Below are positions 1 to 13,405 of a stretch of DNA of 64,000 nt, one piece after another. The stretch lies in the NCBI GenBank assembly GCA_951406725.2, contig OX597833.1:59024001-59088000 (forward strand), given 5' to 3'. The stretch's first letter is position 1. Each line of letters begins with the position of its first letter. A model generated the notes under the pieces. The model was not told where the DNA came from, ran no database searches, and saw only the letters and a program-made list of their open reading frames with translations. The DNA comes from Octopus vulgaris (lineage: Eukaryota). Made by a program: the position numbers and the translations under genes.

Positions 1-61
1 TGTAAATATACATATATATATATATATATATATGCGTGCATAATTAATGCATCTATCTATA

Positions 62-118
<57 letters not shown>

Positions 119-820
119 GTTTGTCAATCTATTTGTCTGTCTGTCTGTCTAGTTATCTATCTATTTGTCAATCTCTTACTCTCCATCTGTGTGTGTAAGT
201 GTGTGTGTGTATGTGTGTATGTAGTAACATCTTTTCGAGCGTGTGTGCACGCACACATGTGTAAAGATATATATATATATATATATATAAATATATATAT
301 GTATTTATGTATGTATGTATGTATATATATATATGTGTGTGTGTATGTATATATATATATATATAAGCACGGATGCGCCCACACATAATATAGTTACATG
401 AATTGCATATGTTATTGTCTCTCCAAATTGTATTGCGTCTACTTACACTTGGCGGCGTCCAACGTCTGTCCAATCGTTTCAAAACCGATCGAAATTAATC
501 AACTGTTTTCTCAGAAGAGACCAATGCCAAACCAATAGACATGTTGTTTATTCTTATATTAAGTTCAAATTCCGCTAAGTCTTGTGCCTATAGAAGAAAG
601 GGTCGTCGTCGTCGTCGACGACGAACGACGAGTTAAGTTCTCAACTCTCTCTGTCTTACTAACTCTGGTTGATTCAGTGAGGACGGACAGCAACTTGCTG
701 TCAGAGGTTACACAGGGTCGCTTTCTGAAATTATATAACTTGGTACTTGGATGTTAACTATCGTGGAAGATAGTAGTAGTAGTAGTAGTACTAGTAGGAG
801 GAGGAGGAGGAGGAGGAGGA

Positions 821-1232
821 GTAGTACCCACAAGGGGCTTAACACAGAGAGGACAAACAAGGGCAGACAAACGTATTAAGTCGATTATATCGACACCAGT
901 GCGTAACTGGTACTTATTTAATCGACCCCGAATGGATGAAAGGCAAAGTCGACCTCGGCGGAATTTGAACTCAGAACGTAACGGCAGACGAAATACCTAT
1001 TTCTTTACTACCCACAAGAGGCTAAATACAGAGAGGGCAAACAAGGACAGACAAACGTATCAAGTCGATTATATCGACACCAGTGCGTAACTGGTACTTA
1101 TTTAATCGACCCCGAAAGGATGAAAGGCAAAGTCGACCTCGGCGGAATTTGAACTCAGAACGTAGCGACAGACGAAATACTGCTAAGCATTTCACCCGGC
1201 GCGTGCTAACGGTTCTGCCAGCACGCCGCCTT
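821..1232 (-). mobile_element. tRNA-derived SINE family A, head-to-tail dimer
   Basis: A-box/B-box-like head (ctggcagaa...gagttcaaattcc), body gtcgactttgcctttcatcctttcggggtcgat (resembles the Meta/Sauria-type SINE central domain), tail ccccttgtgggtagtaaagaaatag. Junction at about 995. Confidence 0.85.
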
Positions 1233-1534
1233 TCGCTGCCTTAATAATAAAAATTATAATCATCTCAAAATGAATTGTACGATGTAGTTTCGATTCGCAG
1301 CTGGAACCTCTCACTTTTGTTGTAAATTTATACATTTTGAAAAAGACATAGATCTTACAATTTCACCCTTTGTCAGCACTCAAAATTTTCATGCCCCACA
1401 ATAAAAGAAATTTATAATAAAGATATTACCCTTCTTCTTCTTATTTCTTTTCATCTCCCTTACGTCATTCCTTTCAAGTAGCTTTAGTTCTTCCTTATAT
1501 GCGAAACAGATTCGAAGCAAACAGTAATAATAAC

Positions 1535-1579
<45 letters not shown>

Positions 1580-1809
1580 TATCATGCACATATATCTTCG
1601 ATATACAGTTGCACTGAGGAGCATTTGGCAATCAAAGAATGTGTTTCTTAAATCGATGCCAGATCTCGGCAGTCGGTTCCGTGTTCTCTTTGATCAAACA
1701 TTGATTTACCAACAAAGGCCAACAGAGTTTCGCTCTGACCAATTACATACGTAAAACTCTCTTAACTTCATTGCTAGTCATGACTTCCGCCATGCTGTGC
1801 ATATGTGTC

Positions 1810-1851
<42 letters not shown>

Positions 1852-1887
1852 TGCGTATATATATATATATATATATACATATATGCG

Positions 1888-1933
<46 letters not shown>

Positions 1934-1937
1934 TGCG

Positions 1938-1977
<40 letters not shown>

Positions 1978-1989
1978 TATACATATATA

Positions 1990-2073
<84 letters not shown>

Positions 2074-2576
2074 CATATATATATACATATATATATGCGT
2101 GTGTACATATCTCTATTTGGCTTCCTTCTCCAACGGCATTTTCTTTCATTAATACGACTACCAATATATATACGCATGGCTATGAGATTACATATATATA
2201 TCTACACATGGCTATACACATATATATATAGTTATACAGATGCAATCATAATTACATAATTGATTTATTTATGTTTCTCTTTCTACCACCACCACCACCA
2301 CTACCACCACCACCACTACCACCACCACCACTGCATATATTACTTCTTTGAATCAAAAGACTGCAACCATGAACCGTGCTGTGGCTCCTTCTTGAAGGAT
2401 TCATTCAAAGAAAATCGCCTTTCTGGAATTCATTTATCGATCTCTTATTGCCGAACCACATCGTTACGATGACGTAAGACGTAAGACGTAAGCAAATTTA
2501 CTCCGGTTGCCAAGCAGTGATGATCAAAGACGTGCGCGCACACAGACAGACAGGCAGACGGACAGAAAGACAGTCT

Positions 2577-2614
<38 letters not shown>

Positions 2615-2636
2615 TAGATAGATAGATAGATAGATG

Positions 2637-2690
<54 letters not shown>

Positions 2691-2831
2691 CAGATAGATA
2701 GATAGATGGATGGATAGATAGATAGATAGAGAGATAGATAGATAGAGAGATAGATAGAGAGATAGATAGATAAATAAATAGATCGATTGATTGATAGATA
2801 GATAGATAGATAGATTGACAAACAGACAGAC

Positions 2832-2894
<63 letters not shown>

Positions 2895-2924
2895 CGGATA
2901 GATAGATAGATAGATAGATAGATA

Positions 2925-3230
2925 TGTTTCTTTATTAGCCACAGGGCTGCACACAGATAGAACAAATTACAAGGTAGAGCTTTTCTTTTGAAGGTTTAAA
3001 AAAAAAAAAAAAAGGAGGGGGGAGTGTCGATCAAAAGGGATCGTAAAAGGAGAGAAAGAGGACAAAAAAAGGGGGGTAAAAAAAGGGGGAGAGGAAAAAA
3101 AATGATCAATAGGGATCGTTATCACAGAAATGTCAATATGAAGTGTAAAGGGGAGGACAGGTGAGGTTTACCCGTGGAAAGAAAAGCCTACGGAAAAGAC
3201 CACGGTAACCTCGGTCAATGGAGTCACATG
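2925..3230 (-). mobile_element. Probable LINE 3' UTR ending in AATAAA followed by (TATC)n
   Basis: On the minus strand a pyrimidine-rich UTR ends ...tgtgtgcagccctgtggctaataaagaaacat, then the microsatellite. The terminal sequence resembles the SINE family A tail. Confidence 0.45.
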
Positions 3231-3305
3231 TTATATTTCTTTTTTTTTTTTTTTTGCGAATAAGCAATTCTTTACTACCCACAAGGGGCTACACAGAGAG
3301 GGGAC

Positions 3306-3395
<90 letters not shown>

Positions 3396-3469
3396 GTAAA
3401 CAGCTATATATCTATATGTGAAGCGCAACACGTAACCCGAGATCAAACTCAGTCATGGGTTCCACACTC

Positions 3470-3655
3470 CGCTCATGATCGTAAGGTTGCGGTTTCGATT
3501 CCTGGACCGGGCGATGCGTTGTGTTCTTGAGCAAAACACTTCATTTCACGTTGCTCCAGTCCACTCAGCTGGCAAAAGTGAGTAATCCCGTGACAGACTA
3601 GCGTCCCGTCCTGGTGGGGAATTTATACGCCATGGAACCCCGGGAAACCCTTATC
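3470..3655 (+). mobile_element. SINE family D fragment (V-SINE-like central domain)
   Basis: ggtttcgattcctggaccggg...gcaaaacacttcatttcacgttgctccagtccactcagctggcaaaa...gactagcgtcccgtcc matches the 28456-28720 copy. Confidence 0.75.
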
Positions 3656-3779
3656 TCTTTCTCCGCTCCCGTATAGTATGACGAGGGGCATCGATTTAAG
3701 GATTGGCCAGGGTGCAAAATACGATCCAAATAACTCTTACTATTAATTTCAGGTTCGATAAAATTAAGTACCAGTTGAG

Positions 3780-4214
3780 GGATCTTTTCGGTTTGACCGG
3801 CAGTTTTTTCTTGCGGTGTCATATGAAATTGTCACCCATAATTATGACCCTAGTATCGATCTATTGCATTTCAATCTGTTTTAGGGTTAGGGTTAGGGTT
3901 AGTTAGGGTTAGGGTTAGGGGTGGGTGAAGGGTATCTTTTTTTCTTCAAAAATGTAAATAAACCCAATCTGTTTCTTAAACGAGGGACATATTCATACGG
4001 CACAGAATTTTTCACCTCAATAGATGTCATTGATTGGTTGAAATTGCAGAAATTGAAGAAAAAAACAACAAATATCTTACAAACTATAGAATTTTCTCAA
4101 TAAAGCCAAGAGAAAAAGATGTTTTATAAACACATTCTACCAGTATACGAAGTTTAAAAGTGTTTAGTTACCTAGAAATTATGTTAAAATCTGACATTCA
4201 AACCGAAAGGATCC
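3780..4214. mobile_element. MITE with GGATC.. TIRs, 8-bp TSD (CAGTTGAG) and internal TTAGGG repeats, inserted in a family A SINE
   Basis: TIRs ggatcttttcggtttga / tcaaaccgaaaggatcc. CAGTTGAG at 3772-3779 and 4215-4222. Host SINE sequence (aagtaccagttgag|tactggggtcgat) resumes after it. Confidence 0.88.
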
Positions 4215-4309
4215 CAGTTGAGTACTGGGGTCGATATAATCGACTATACCTTACCTTAAAATTACTGGCCTTGTGCCAAAACTTGAACCCATTATAAATT
4301 GACTGCCGT

Positions 4310-4520
4310 AAAGCAGGAAGCTGGCAGAATCGTTAGCGCGTCGTACGAAATTCATAACGATATTTCTTCCGGTTTTACATCCTGAGTTCAAATTCCGCCG
4401 AGATCGACATTGCTTTTTTTTTTTTTATTCTTTCGGGGGTTCGATAAAATAAGAATTGAGACGATGTAATCGACTTACTCACTTCCTCTGAACTTTCACG
4501 CTTTGTGCCTGTGTTAGAAA
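4310..4520 (+). mobile_element. SINE family A, diverged copy
   Basis: agctggcagaatcgttagc...ctgagttcaaattccgccgagatcgac. Confidence 0.75.
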
Positions 4521-5249
4521 GAAAGAAGTGAAACAAGGGAACAAACGCTATCGGCTTTAAATACTCGCAAAGATTACGGACAAATGTACTTCTATTATTT
4601 TAAAGTGAGATTAACAACTACTCATTATATTTTCAAAGTACAGTGATTATTGACAAGTGAAATGGAAACTCTGTGTGTGTGTGTACATACATACATACGT
4701 GCATATCTATCTATATATATATATATATATATAAAGATAGATATCATGTATTTTGGAATAATTTGGTTAATTACAATACAGAAGACTTAATGGCACTGGA
4801 ATTTCAGTGCTTTTTATTATTTTGTTTCTATTTCTCGTGACCTCTGTAGGATATTTTTAACTGTCTTTCCTCTCTCTTTCTCTCTCTCTCTCTCTCACTC
4901 ACTTATCCTCTCTCTCACTCACTCATCCTCTCTCTCTCTCTCACTCATCCTCTCTCTCTCTCTCTCACTCGCTCATCCTCTCTCTCTCTCTCTCTCTCTC
5001 TCACTCATTCATCCTCTCTCTCCTCTATCTCTCCGCCCTTTTATCTTTATGTATATAAATATATGTATGTGTGTACGTATGTATGTATCTATGTATGTAT
5101 TTATGTATATATGTGTGCGTGCTGTGTGTGTTTGTGCGTGTTTGTGCGTGTGTGTGTGTGTGTGTGTGTTGTGTGTGTGTGTGTGTATGTGTTTTGAGAG
5201 ATTTTGGTACAAGGCCAGCAATTTCAAAGTGAAAGGATTAGTCGGTGCC

Positions 5250-5649
5250 ATCCACGCCAGTATTATTAACTGGTACTTTTTTTATATCACCCCCGAAAGG
5301 TCGAAAGTTTATGTTGACCTCGGTGGTATTTGACCTCAGAACACTAGAACCTGGAAGGAATGCTGCAAAGCATGTTTATTTCCGACGTGCTAACGATTCC
5401 GCCATCTCTCTCTCTCTCTCTCTCTCATCTCTCCCGATATATATATATATATATATATATATATCGGGAGAGAGAGAGAGAGAGAGAAAGAGAAAGAGAG
5501 AGATGGGCGGTTTCGAATCGTTAGCACGTCGGAAAGAAACATGCTTTGCAGCATTCTCCAGGTTCTAGTGTTCTGAGGTCAAATACCACCGAGGTCAACA
5601 TCTCGACCTTTCGGGGTGATATAAAAAAGTACCAGTTAATAATACTGGC

Positions 5650-5653
<4 letters not shown>
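5250..5653. repeat. ~400-bp fold-back palindrome of a SINE A fragment centred on (TA)n
   Basis: Arms cacgccagtattattaactggtac...gccatctctc / gagagatggg...gtaccagttaataatactggcgtg are reverse complements around the (TA)n at about 5437-5465. Confidence 0.9.
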
Positions 5654-5742
<89 letters not shown>

Positions 5743-5755
5743 CATATATATATAT

Positions 5756-5915
5756 AGGCGGGGGAGTGGCTGTGGTAAGACGCTTGCTTCCCAACATGGT
5801 TCCGGGTTCAGTCCCACTGCGTGGCACCTTGGGTAAGTGTCTTCTACTATAGCCTTGAGTCGACCAATGCCTTATGAGTGGATTTGGTAAACGGAAACTG
5901 AAAGAATCCCGTCGT
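5756..5915 (+). mobile_element. SINE family B 5' half
   Basis: aggcg..gagtggctgtggtaag...ccgggttcagtccc (B-box-like) then ggcaccttgggtaagtgtctt (CORE-like). Confidence 0.8.
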
Positions 5916-5961
<46 letters not shown>

Positions 5962-6376
5962 TCTTTTACTCTTTTTACTCTTTTTTACTCTTTTACTTGT
6001 TTCAGTCATTTGACTGCGGCCATGCTGGAGCACCGCCTTTAGCCGAGCAAATCGACCCCAGGACTAATTCTTTGTAAGCCTAGTACTTATTCTATCGGTC
6101 TCTTTTGCCGAACCGCTAAGTTACGGGGACGTAAACACACCAGCATCGGTTGTCAAGCGATGTTGGGGGGACAACTACAGACACACAAATACACACACAT
6201 ATATATATACATATACATATATATGACAGTTTTCGTCTACCAAATCCATTCACAAGGCTTTGGTCGGCCCGAAGCTATAGTAGAAAACACTTGCCCAAGG
6301 TGCCAGGCAGTGGGACTGAACCCGGAACCATGTGGTTGGTAAGCAAGCTACTTACCACACAGCCACTCCTCCGCCT
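5962..6376 (-). mobile_element. SINE family B, full length with internal microsatellite
   Basis: Reverse complement of the family B head, internal (TA/TG)n, and a tail ending in (gagtaaaa) repeats. Confidence 0.85.
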
Positions 6377-6494
6377 ACATATATATATGTCGACTAATAC
6401 GTGTAGACATGTTGACTAATGTGTGAGCTTGTTGACTCATGAGTGTAAGCAATTCAAGACAATCTACGTTGTTCCCACAGTCTATAGCTTAATA

Positions 6495-7055
6495 TTAACA
6501 ACACTACAATGACACTCCGGTGTGATTACTACCACACATCAGCATGAACAAAACACTACAGCCAAACTCCAGCGTGAACAATTCTACACTGCAACTGCCC
6601 TCCTGCGGGAATGACACTATACTACGACCACACTCCAGAGTGAATGACCCTACACAACAATCACACTATAGCATAAAAGTCAACACTACGACCGCACTCC
6701 AGTATGAATGACACCACACTGCAATGAACACCAGCGGGAACAACGATAATATAGTACAACTAAACTCCAGCATGAACGATACTGTACTGTAACTACACTC
6801 CAAAAAGAACAACACTACAATCACACTCCAACATGGACGACATTTCAATCACACTGTGTCTTAAATAGCACTACATTAGAGCCAGACTTCAACATAAAAG
6901 GTAGTGTAAGCACACTCCAGAAATAAATGATGTTTTACTGAGATGTTAACGACCCTGCAGTGAGTACAATACTACATGGAGTGTTAATGACACTGCAATG
7001 TTATAAACTACTTCATGGAGTGTTAATGACATTTCATGGAGTGTTAGTAGTACTT
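6495..7055. repeat. Degenerate ~30-35-bp minisatellite
   Basis: Recurring acactac(a)...cactccagc(a/g)tgaa motif about 12 times, then 3 units containing catggagtgtta. Confidence 0.6.
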
Positions 7056-7184
7056 CAAAGAAGCAGAAGAATAGCTTGTCCCGTTGCCAGGGGTTACTGA
7101 GTGTGTGGGGGCGATTAGCGAGCACTAAATACGATGGGGACAAGAGACTAAGTTTTTAAACTTTTGCGGATATAAGTAACGTTT

Positions 7185-7223
<39 letters not shown>

Positions 7224-7610
7224 CACGTGAATCTTTGTGTGTATGTGTGCGTACATCTGTGCGTGTGTAACTGTGCATGCGTGTGCGTGAGTATGTGTAT
7301 GTGTGTGTGCGAGAGAGAGAGAGAGAGTTTAATACACAGTTTAATACATACAAATGTATATACATGAATAGATTACTATACAGACAAATAACAACAAATG
7401 TACACACATTTATACAAATCTTCAATTATATAGACACAGGTTTGGCTGTATGAAAAGAAGTTTGTTTCCCAACCACGTGGTCCCGGGTTCAGTCCCACAG
7501 AGTGTCATCTATCTTCTAATATCCCCAGGTCAACTAAAGCTTTGTGAGTGAATTTGGTTGGCCGAAACTGAAAAGAAATCCGTCGAATATATATATATAC
7601 TCGAGGTATT

Positions 7611-7654
<44 letters not shown>

Positions 7655-7844
7655 TAGAAGAAATGAGGTACTCAGAAATCTGTATGGTTTTATATTTACA
7701 GATATTTATTAATATGTCACATATTTTTATAAACATTTATAAATCATATATAGCGCTTGCGTCCACTCTAGTGGAGTCGTCAAATTTCTGAGTACCTCAT
7801 TTCTTCTAATATATAATACCTGTACATCGTCTCCAAACCTTCTA

Positions 7845-7876
<32 letters not shown>

Positions 7877-7953
7877 GTGTGTATGTATGTATGTATGTAT
7901 GTATGTATGTATGTATGTATGTATGTATGTATGTATATATGTATATATGTGTA

Positions 7954-7998
<45 letters not shown>

Positions 7999-8719
7999 AT
8001 ATATGTATGTTTGTATGTATATATGTATGTATGTGTGCATGTATGTTTGTATACATATACACACACACATGCATATATAAGTACAGGGTAAACATTATTA
8101 AATTGATCATTTATACCAGTGTTTGGCATTCATAATAAAAGTCAGAAGACACAAATATTTTTATATATGATAGTGTATAAGACTTTATACGCAGAGAGAA
8201 GACTACCATGTGAATTCCTTAGATGCTAGAGAGTGCAGTCAAAACCCAAGCCGCGAAAAGAACATTCTTACTAATTTCACGTTCCTTGTAAGCGAACAGG
8301 ATACTCGAATGAATAAAAATCTCATTTAACTCTATACCCATGAGTTTCACCATTAATGATCAAATAAATTAATTAATAAGTCAATTAATTGATTAATTAA
8401 CCATCTGTGGCTCGTTAATAGAGTCTCTGGAAAATGTATGATCACCAAACTATAATACTACTGAAAGCATAAAGTAAACACCCGCACCGCTTGATAACCG
8501 GTGTTAGTTTGTTTGCTCTCCCATAAGTTAGCCGTTTGGCTGCATGTAACTGGTAGAATAAGTACCAGATTTGAAAAAACAAGTACTGGGGCCAATTTGT
8601 CCCAGTAAACCCTTCCAGGCGGTGCTCCAGCAAGGCCGCAGTTCAATGACTGAAACAGGTAAAAGATAAAAGATATATACATATATGTGTGTTTGTGTGT
8701 ATGTATGTATATGTATATG

Positions 8720-8763
<44 letters not shown>

Positions 8764-8774
8764 CAAATATATGC

Positions 8775-8814
<40 letters not shown>

Positions 8815-9300
8815 GTGTAGAGACAGTTGAAACATTCCTGTCACAACCTGGGACCTTGAAGACTGCTTTAATGCAAGAAAGTATACTAGTCCCTTAATAT
8901 TTGATATTCAATATTTCATCTATTCAATAAGACAATCAATTCTTCATTTCATTTTACTATATATATATTATTTATACTATATATTCTATATTCTACATTA
9001 ATATTATAAAGATTATAAATAAAACATAGAAAACAGACAAAGTTGGAATTCCTTTGAATAATATATATCCCTCTATACACAATCATACAAACCCCTTTAT
9101 ATATATATAAGAATATATATATATAACATGGAAATAAGTATATGCATTGATGGAAGACCTCTATAAATGGCTGATGATTGCTCAACATTTTAAAACTGTT
9201 GTAATACTTACAATGTTTAATAAAATGATGTAGCGTGAAACGATCGTACCAAATTACCGAAGATATTCTTGTTGCTTATTTTGATTATATATACATATAC

Positions 9301-9377
<77 letters not shown>

Positions 9378-9777
9378 CTCACTCAATCTCATTATGTCAA
9401 CTAGATTTATACATACATTACTGTATCGCTGTATTCTTGTCTGTAGCAATTCTCAAGCATCGACTATATTTACCGAAACACATATTAGTTCCATTAGCAA
9501 ATGTTACATGAGATTAATATAATCCCATTATCGATTTCTAAGAAAGACACCAAGTTTGCGGTGGTTGGGTGGTGGTGGGTGGTGGGGCGGTGGGGTGTAT
9601 GAACAGTCAATGATATTGATCTCAATGTTCAATTGATCGAATTTGAAAGTATGAAAGACGGGATCGACCCTCACTCACAGAGCTGAAACTCACAAAAGAA
9701 AAAAGCTTTATTTTGCTCGGCACTCTGCTATTTCTATCAGCCCGCCATTCTAATTACCAATATTAACACAGTAAATA

Positions 9778-9851
<74 letters not shown>

Positions 9852-9960
9852 AATAATAATAATGATAATGATAATAATAATAATAATTATAATAATAATA
9901 ACAGTAAAAAATAATAATAATAATAATGATGATGATGATGATGATGATAATAATAAAGAA

Positions 9961-10023
<63 letters not shown>

Positions 10024-10024
10024 C

Positions 10025-10240
10025 CATTCTACTAAAGGCACAAGGCTTGATAGTTGTAGTGGTAGGGCATAAGTTGATTACATCGACCCCAGTATTTCAC
10101 TGGTACTTAATTTATCGACTCCGAAAGGATGAAAGGCAAAGCCGACTCCAGTGGTATTTGAGTTCAGAAACAAATGGTGGACGAAATGCTGCGAGGCATT
10201 TTGTCCGACGTGCTAACGGTTCTACCAGTTCACTACCATC

Positions 10241-10313
<73 letters not shown>

Positions 10314-10765
10314 TTGATGATGATGATGATGATGATGATAATAATCCTTTCCACTATAGGAACAACGCTTGAAATTTAGTGGGGAGGGGACCAGTCGATT
10401 ACATCGACCCCATTGTTTTACTGGTACTCAATTTAACGACCCCGAAAGGATGAAAGCCAAAGTCGACCTCGGCGGAATTTGGACTCGGAACATAAAGACG
10501 GGCGAAATACCTATTTCTTTATTACCCACAAGGGGCTAAACACAGAGGGGACAAACAAGGACAGATATAGGTATTAAGTCGATATACATCGACCCCAGTG
10601 CGTAACTGGTACTTAATTTATCGACCCCGAAAGGATGAAAGGCAAAGTCGACCTCGGCGGAATTTGAACTCAGAACGTAACGCAGACGAAATACCGCTAA
10701 GCATTTCGCCCGGCGTGTTAACATTTCGTCCAGCGTACTAACGATTCTGGCAGCTCGCCGCCTTA
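10025..10765 (-). mobile_element. Cluster of family A SINEs within (AAT)n tracts, including a dimer
   Basis: Family A body motifs at 10080-10230, 10395-10510 and 10510-10765. Junction gaaatacctatttc at about 10505. Confidence 0.8.
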
Positions 10766-10839
<74 letters not shown>

Positions 10840-11276
10840 TAATATATGTGCTTGTTGCAAATACGTGCACATGTGTGTGTGTGTGTGTATGTGTGTTTGT
10901 GTGTCCACACGATTTTTAATCGCTCCCTAGGTACCTAATTATCATCTCCTTTCCTTCTTTGGCTATTTTACAACCGTTTGCCGAGTCATTAACGAATGGC
11001 CTACAGTGATTAATCACATTGAAAAACCCTGAATAGCAAGAGCGACTTTTATTGAACTTTCTAACTTATATATCACAAGACAATTCACATCTAAAGGAAA
11101 ATATACAGGTTTGATATACAAATGATCTAGAAATATATATATTCTTTTATTTTTTTATATGTTTCAGCTCATATATACGATAAATAAGACCCCAAAGTAC
11201 AATAGGTAGATGCATATAACGTAGTAGTGTTACACCTGACTGATTTGGAAATTTGTTTTCCCAAATTATTTACATC

Positions 11277-11340
<64 letters not shown>

Positions 11341-11621
11341 AATAATTTGGGAAAACAGCCTTAGAAAACATATTCTGTGTTTTGCTAGAAAGAGGTAGAA
11401 ACTGATATCAGTCCGAGATGTAAAGTTATCGGTAAATGTTTTTGATTTTCACTCTCGATAAATTTATCCCCTTTTTGTGTTCCCAGCACTTGGCATCCTT
11501 ATTTAGGAGCCCTTAATTATATTTCTACATGAATAATATTTTTCTATATGAATAATATTTTGTCTGACTAATTCGTCTTTTGTGCTGAGCCCCTGGTAGT
11601 AATCTATATTATTACCCTTTT

Positions 11622-11657
<36 letters not shown>

Positions 11658-11678
11658 GTTATAAATCTTGAATTATGC

Positions 11679-11738
11679 TTGCACTGAGGATTAAAAAGTG
11701 CATTACTACACTAATTATGAAATCACGGTGATATGCAG
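11679..11738 (+). ncRNA. Type I hammerhead ribozyme-like motif (Penelope-like terminal repeat)
   Basis: TTGCA-CTGAGGA-[imperfect stem II: taa/tta, agtg/cact]-GAA-ATCA cgg TGAT-A-TGCAG. Core, stem I and stem III are consistent. Confidence 0.55.
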
Positions 11739-12449
11739 CTAAATTATGTTTCTAAATGACTTGCTACGAGAGTTGCATTTGGTACTTTGTCCCTTCTGTG
11801 TTTGTTTTGTATTTTGTGTTACATTCGATTTCATTGTAAATAGTTTATTTTATTTGTCCTAATTACTGTTGTATATAATTGTAACACATGACCCCAAATC
11901 ATGTGCTGTCCCTTCTATATTAACCCGTCACGGGTAATTAAAAAAATCATTCGGTACGATGTGTTTATTTATTTTGGTAGTTTTGACTTTAAGAGTCCCT
12001 CCTAGCGTGTGGCATTTATGCATAGTAATGCCCTCTATATAATATAAGTATATATTTAAGTGAAAAAATTGGTGGGTTTTTTCTCTTATGAGGTTTTTCA
12101 CGCTAACTACTTGATAAATTCTTATAAAGATTTTATCCTATTTTTAAATTATGTATATATATATATATATATATGACTAAACTATAACTATGTACTTTTA
12201 CATTTAACACTCGTGGCGTATATTCAAACGTGGAAATACCTTGCAACGGAAATTGCTTTCGAACGAGAAATTCTCCTTTAAGACAATATGCGACCGACTT
12301 AGAATGTGAATGGGCTTAAAGTCACGTATTGTTATGTTTCGTCAGCTACATACACCGAATTAGTTTTTTCAAAGCTCAGGAGGAACTGCCGTCTTGCTTG
12401 TTTTGGTTAGTATTTCAATATGTTGCCTATTGTGTGCTGTTTATTTTAT

Positions 12450-12594
12450 CGTGGCCATGCTGGGGCACCGCCTTGAAGGGTTTAGTTGAAGAAATTACTT
12501 AAAAAATTTTTTTTCATTCCCCAAACCGCTAAGTTACAGGCACGTAAACTAACCAACGCTGGCTGTCATGCGGTGGTCGTGACAAATACAAGCA

Positions 12595-12686
<92 letters not shown>

Positions 12687-12890
12687 TAGATATATATGCA
12701 TATATACGTCTACATCTACATCAACACACACACACATACACAGAGTTTTTGTCTACAAAATTTATTCACACAACGTTGGTCGACCTGGGGGTTATAGTTA
12801 GAAAACACTTACCCAAGGTGCCGCGCAGTGGGACTGAACCCCAAACTACGCTGGTTGCAAAGCAAGCTTCTTAACCACACAACCACAGCC
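12450..12890 (-). mobile_element. SINE family B, diverged
   Basis: ggccatgctggggcaccgcc...acccaaggtgccgcgcagtgggactgaacc...ttaaccacacaaccac. Confidence 0.75.
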
Positions 12891-13184
12891 ATTCAGCATT
12901 TTGTTATATATTTTCGGCCACTCCAGAATTTCTTAACTTATTCAACAGTGGATTCCTTCAAAACCACAATTAGTTCTTTTCCCCAAAAATATTTTCGTAT
13001 ATTTCAAATATTTTGATTTTGCTTGTAAACTGTATTTATCTTGCTGCCAGCAATTTTGAGAGGAGGGGGAGAAGCCAGAGTGTAGTCTGTATAGGAGAAG
13101 GGTCACAACGAATAAACACCAATCAGGTAAAAACCAAATAAAATGTTTGAGTCTCTTAATACTTTCTGCCCATTTATAATAATA

Positions 13185-13405
13185 ATTCTTTCTACTATAG
13201 GCGCAAAACCTGAATTTTTTGGCGGGAGGGATCTAGACGATTATATCCACCCCTATACTCAACTGGTACTCATTTTATCAACACAGAGAGGATGAAATGC
13301 TAAGATGATCTCGGCTGTATTCGAACTCAAAACCTGAAGACAGAAGAAACACCGTTTAAACATTTTTTCCGGTGTACTGACGATTTCGCCAGCTTGTCAC
13401 CCTTG
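13185..13405 (-). mobile_element. SINE family A, old diverged copy
   Basis: aactggtactcattttatc...ggatgaaa...tcgaactc...gccagcttgtcacc. Confidence 0.65.

Noticed and set aside
3881-3920. True telomere or chromosome-fusion scar
   Set aside because: Only about 6 units, in one orientation, inside a MITE with TIRs and TSD.
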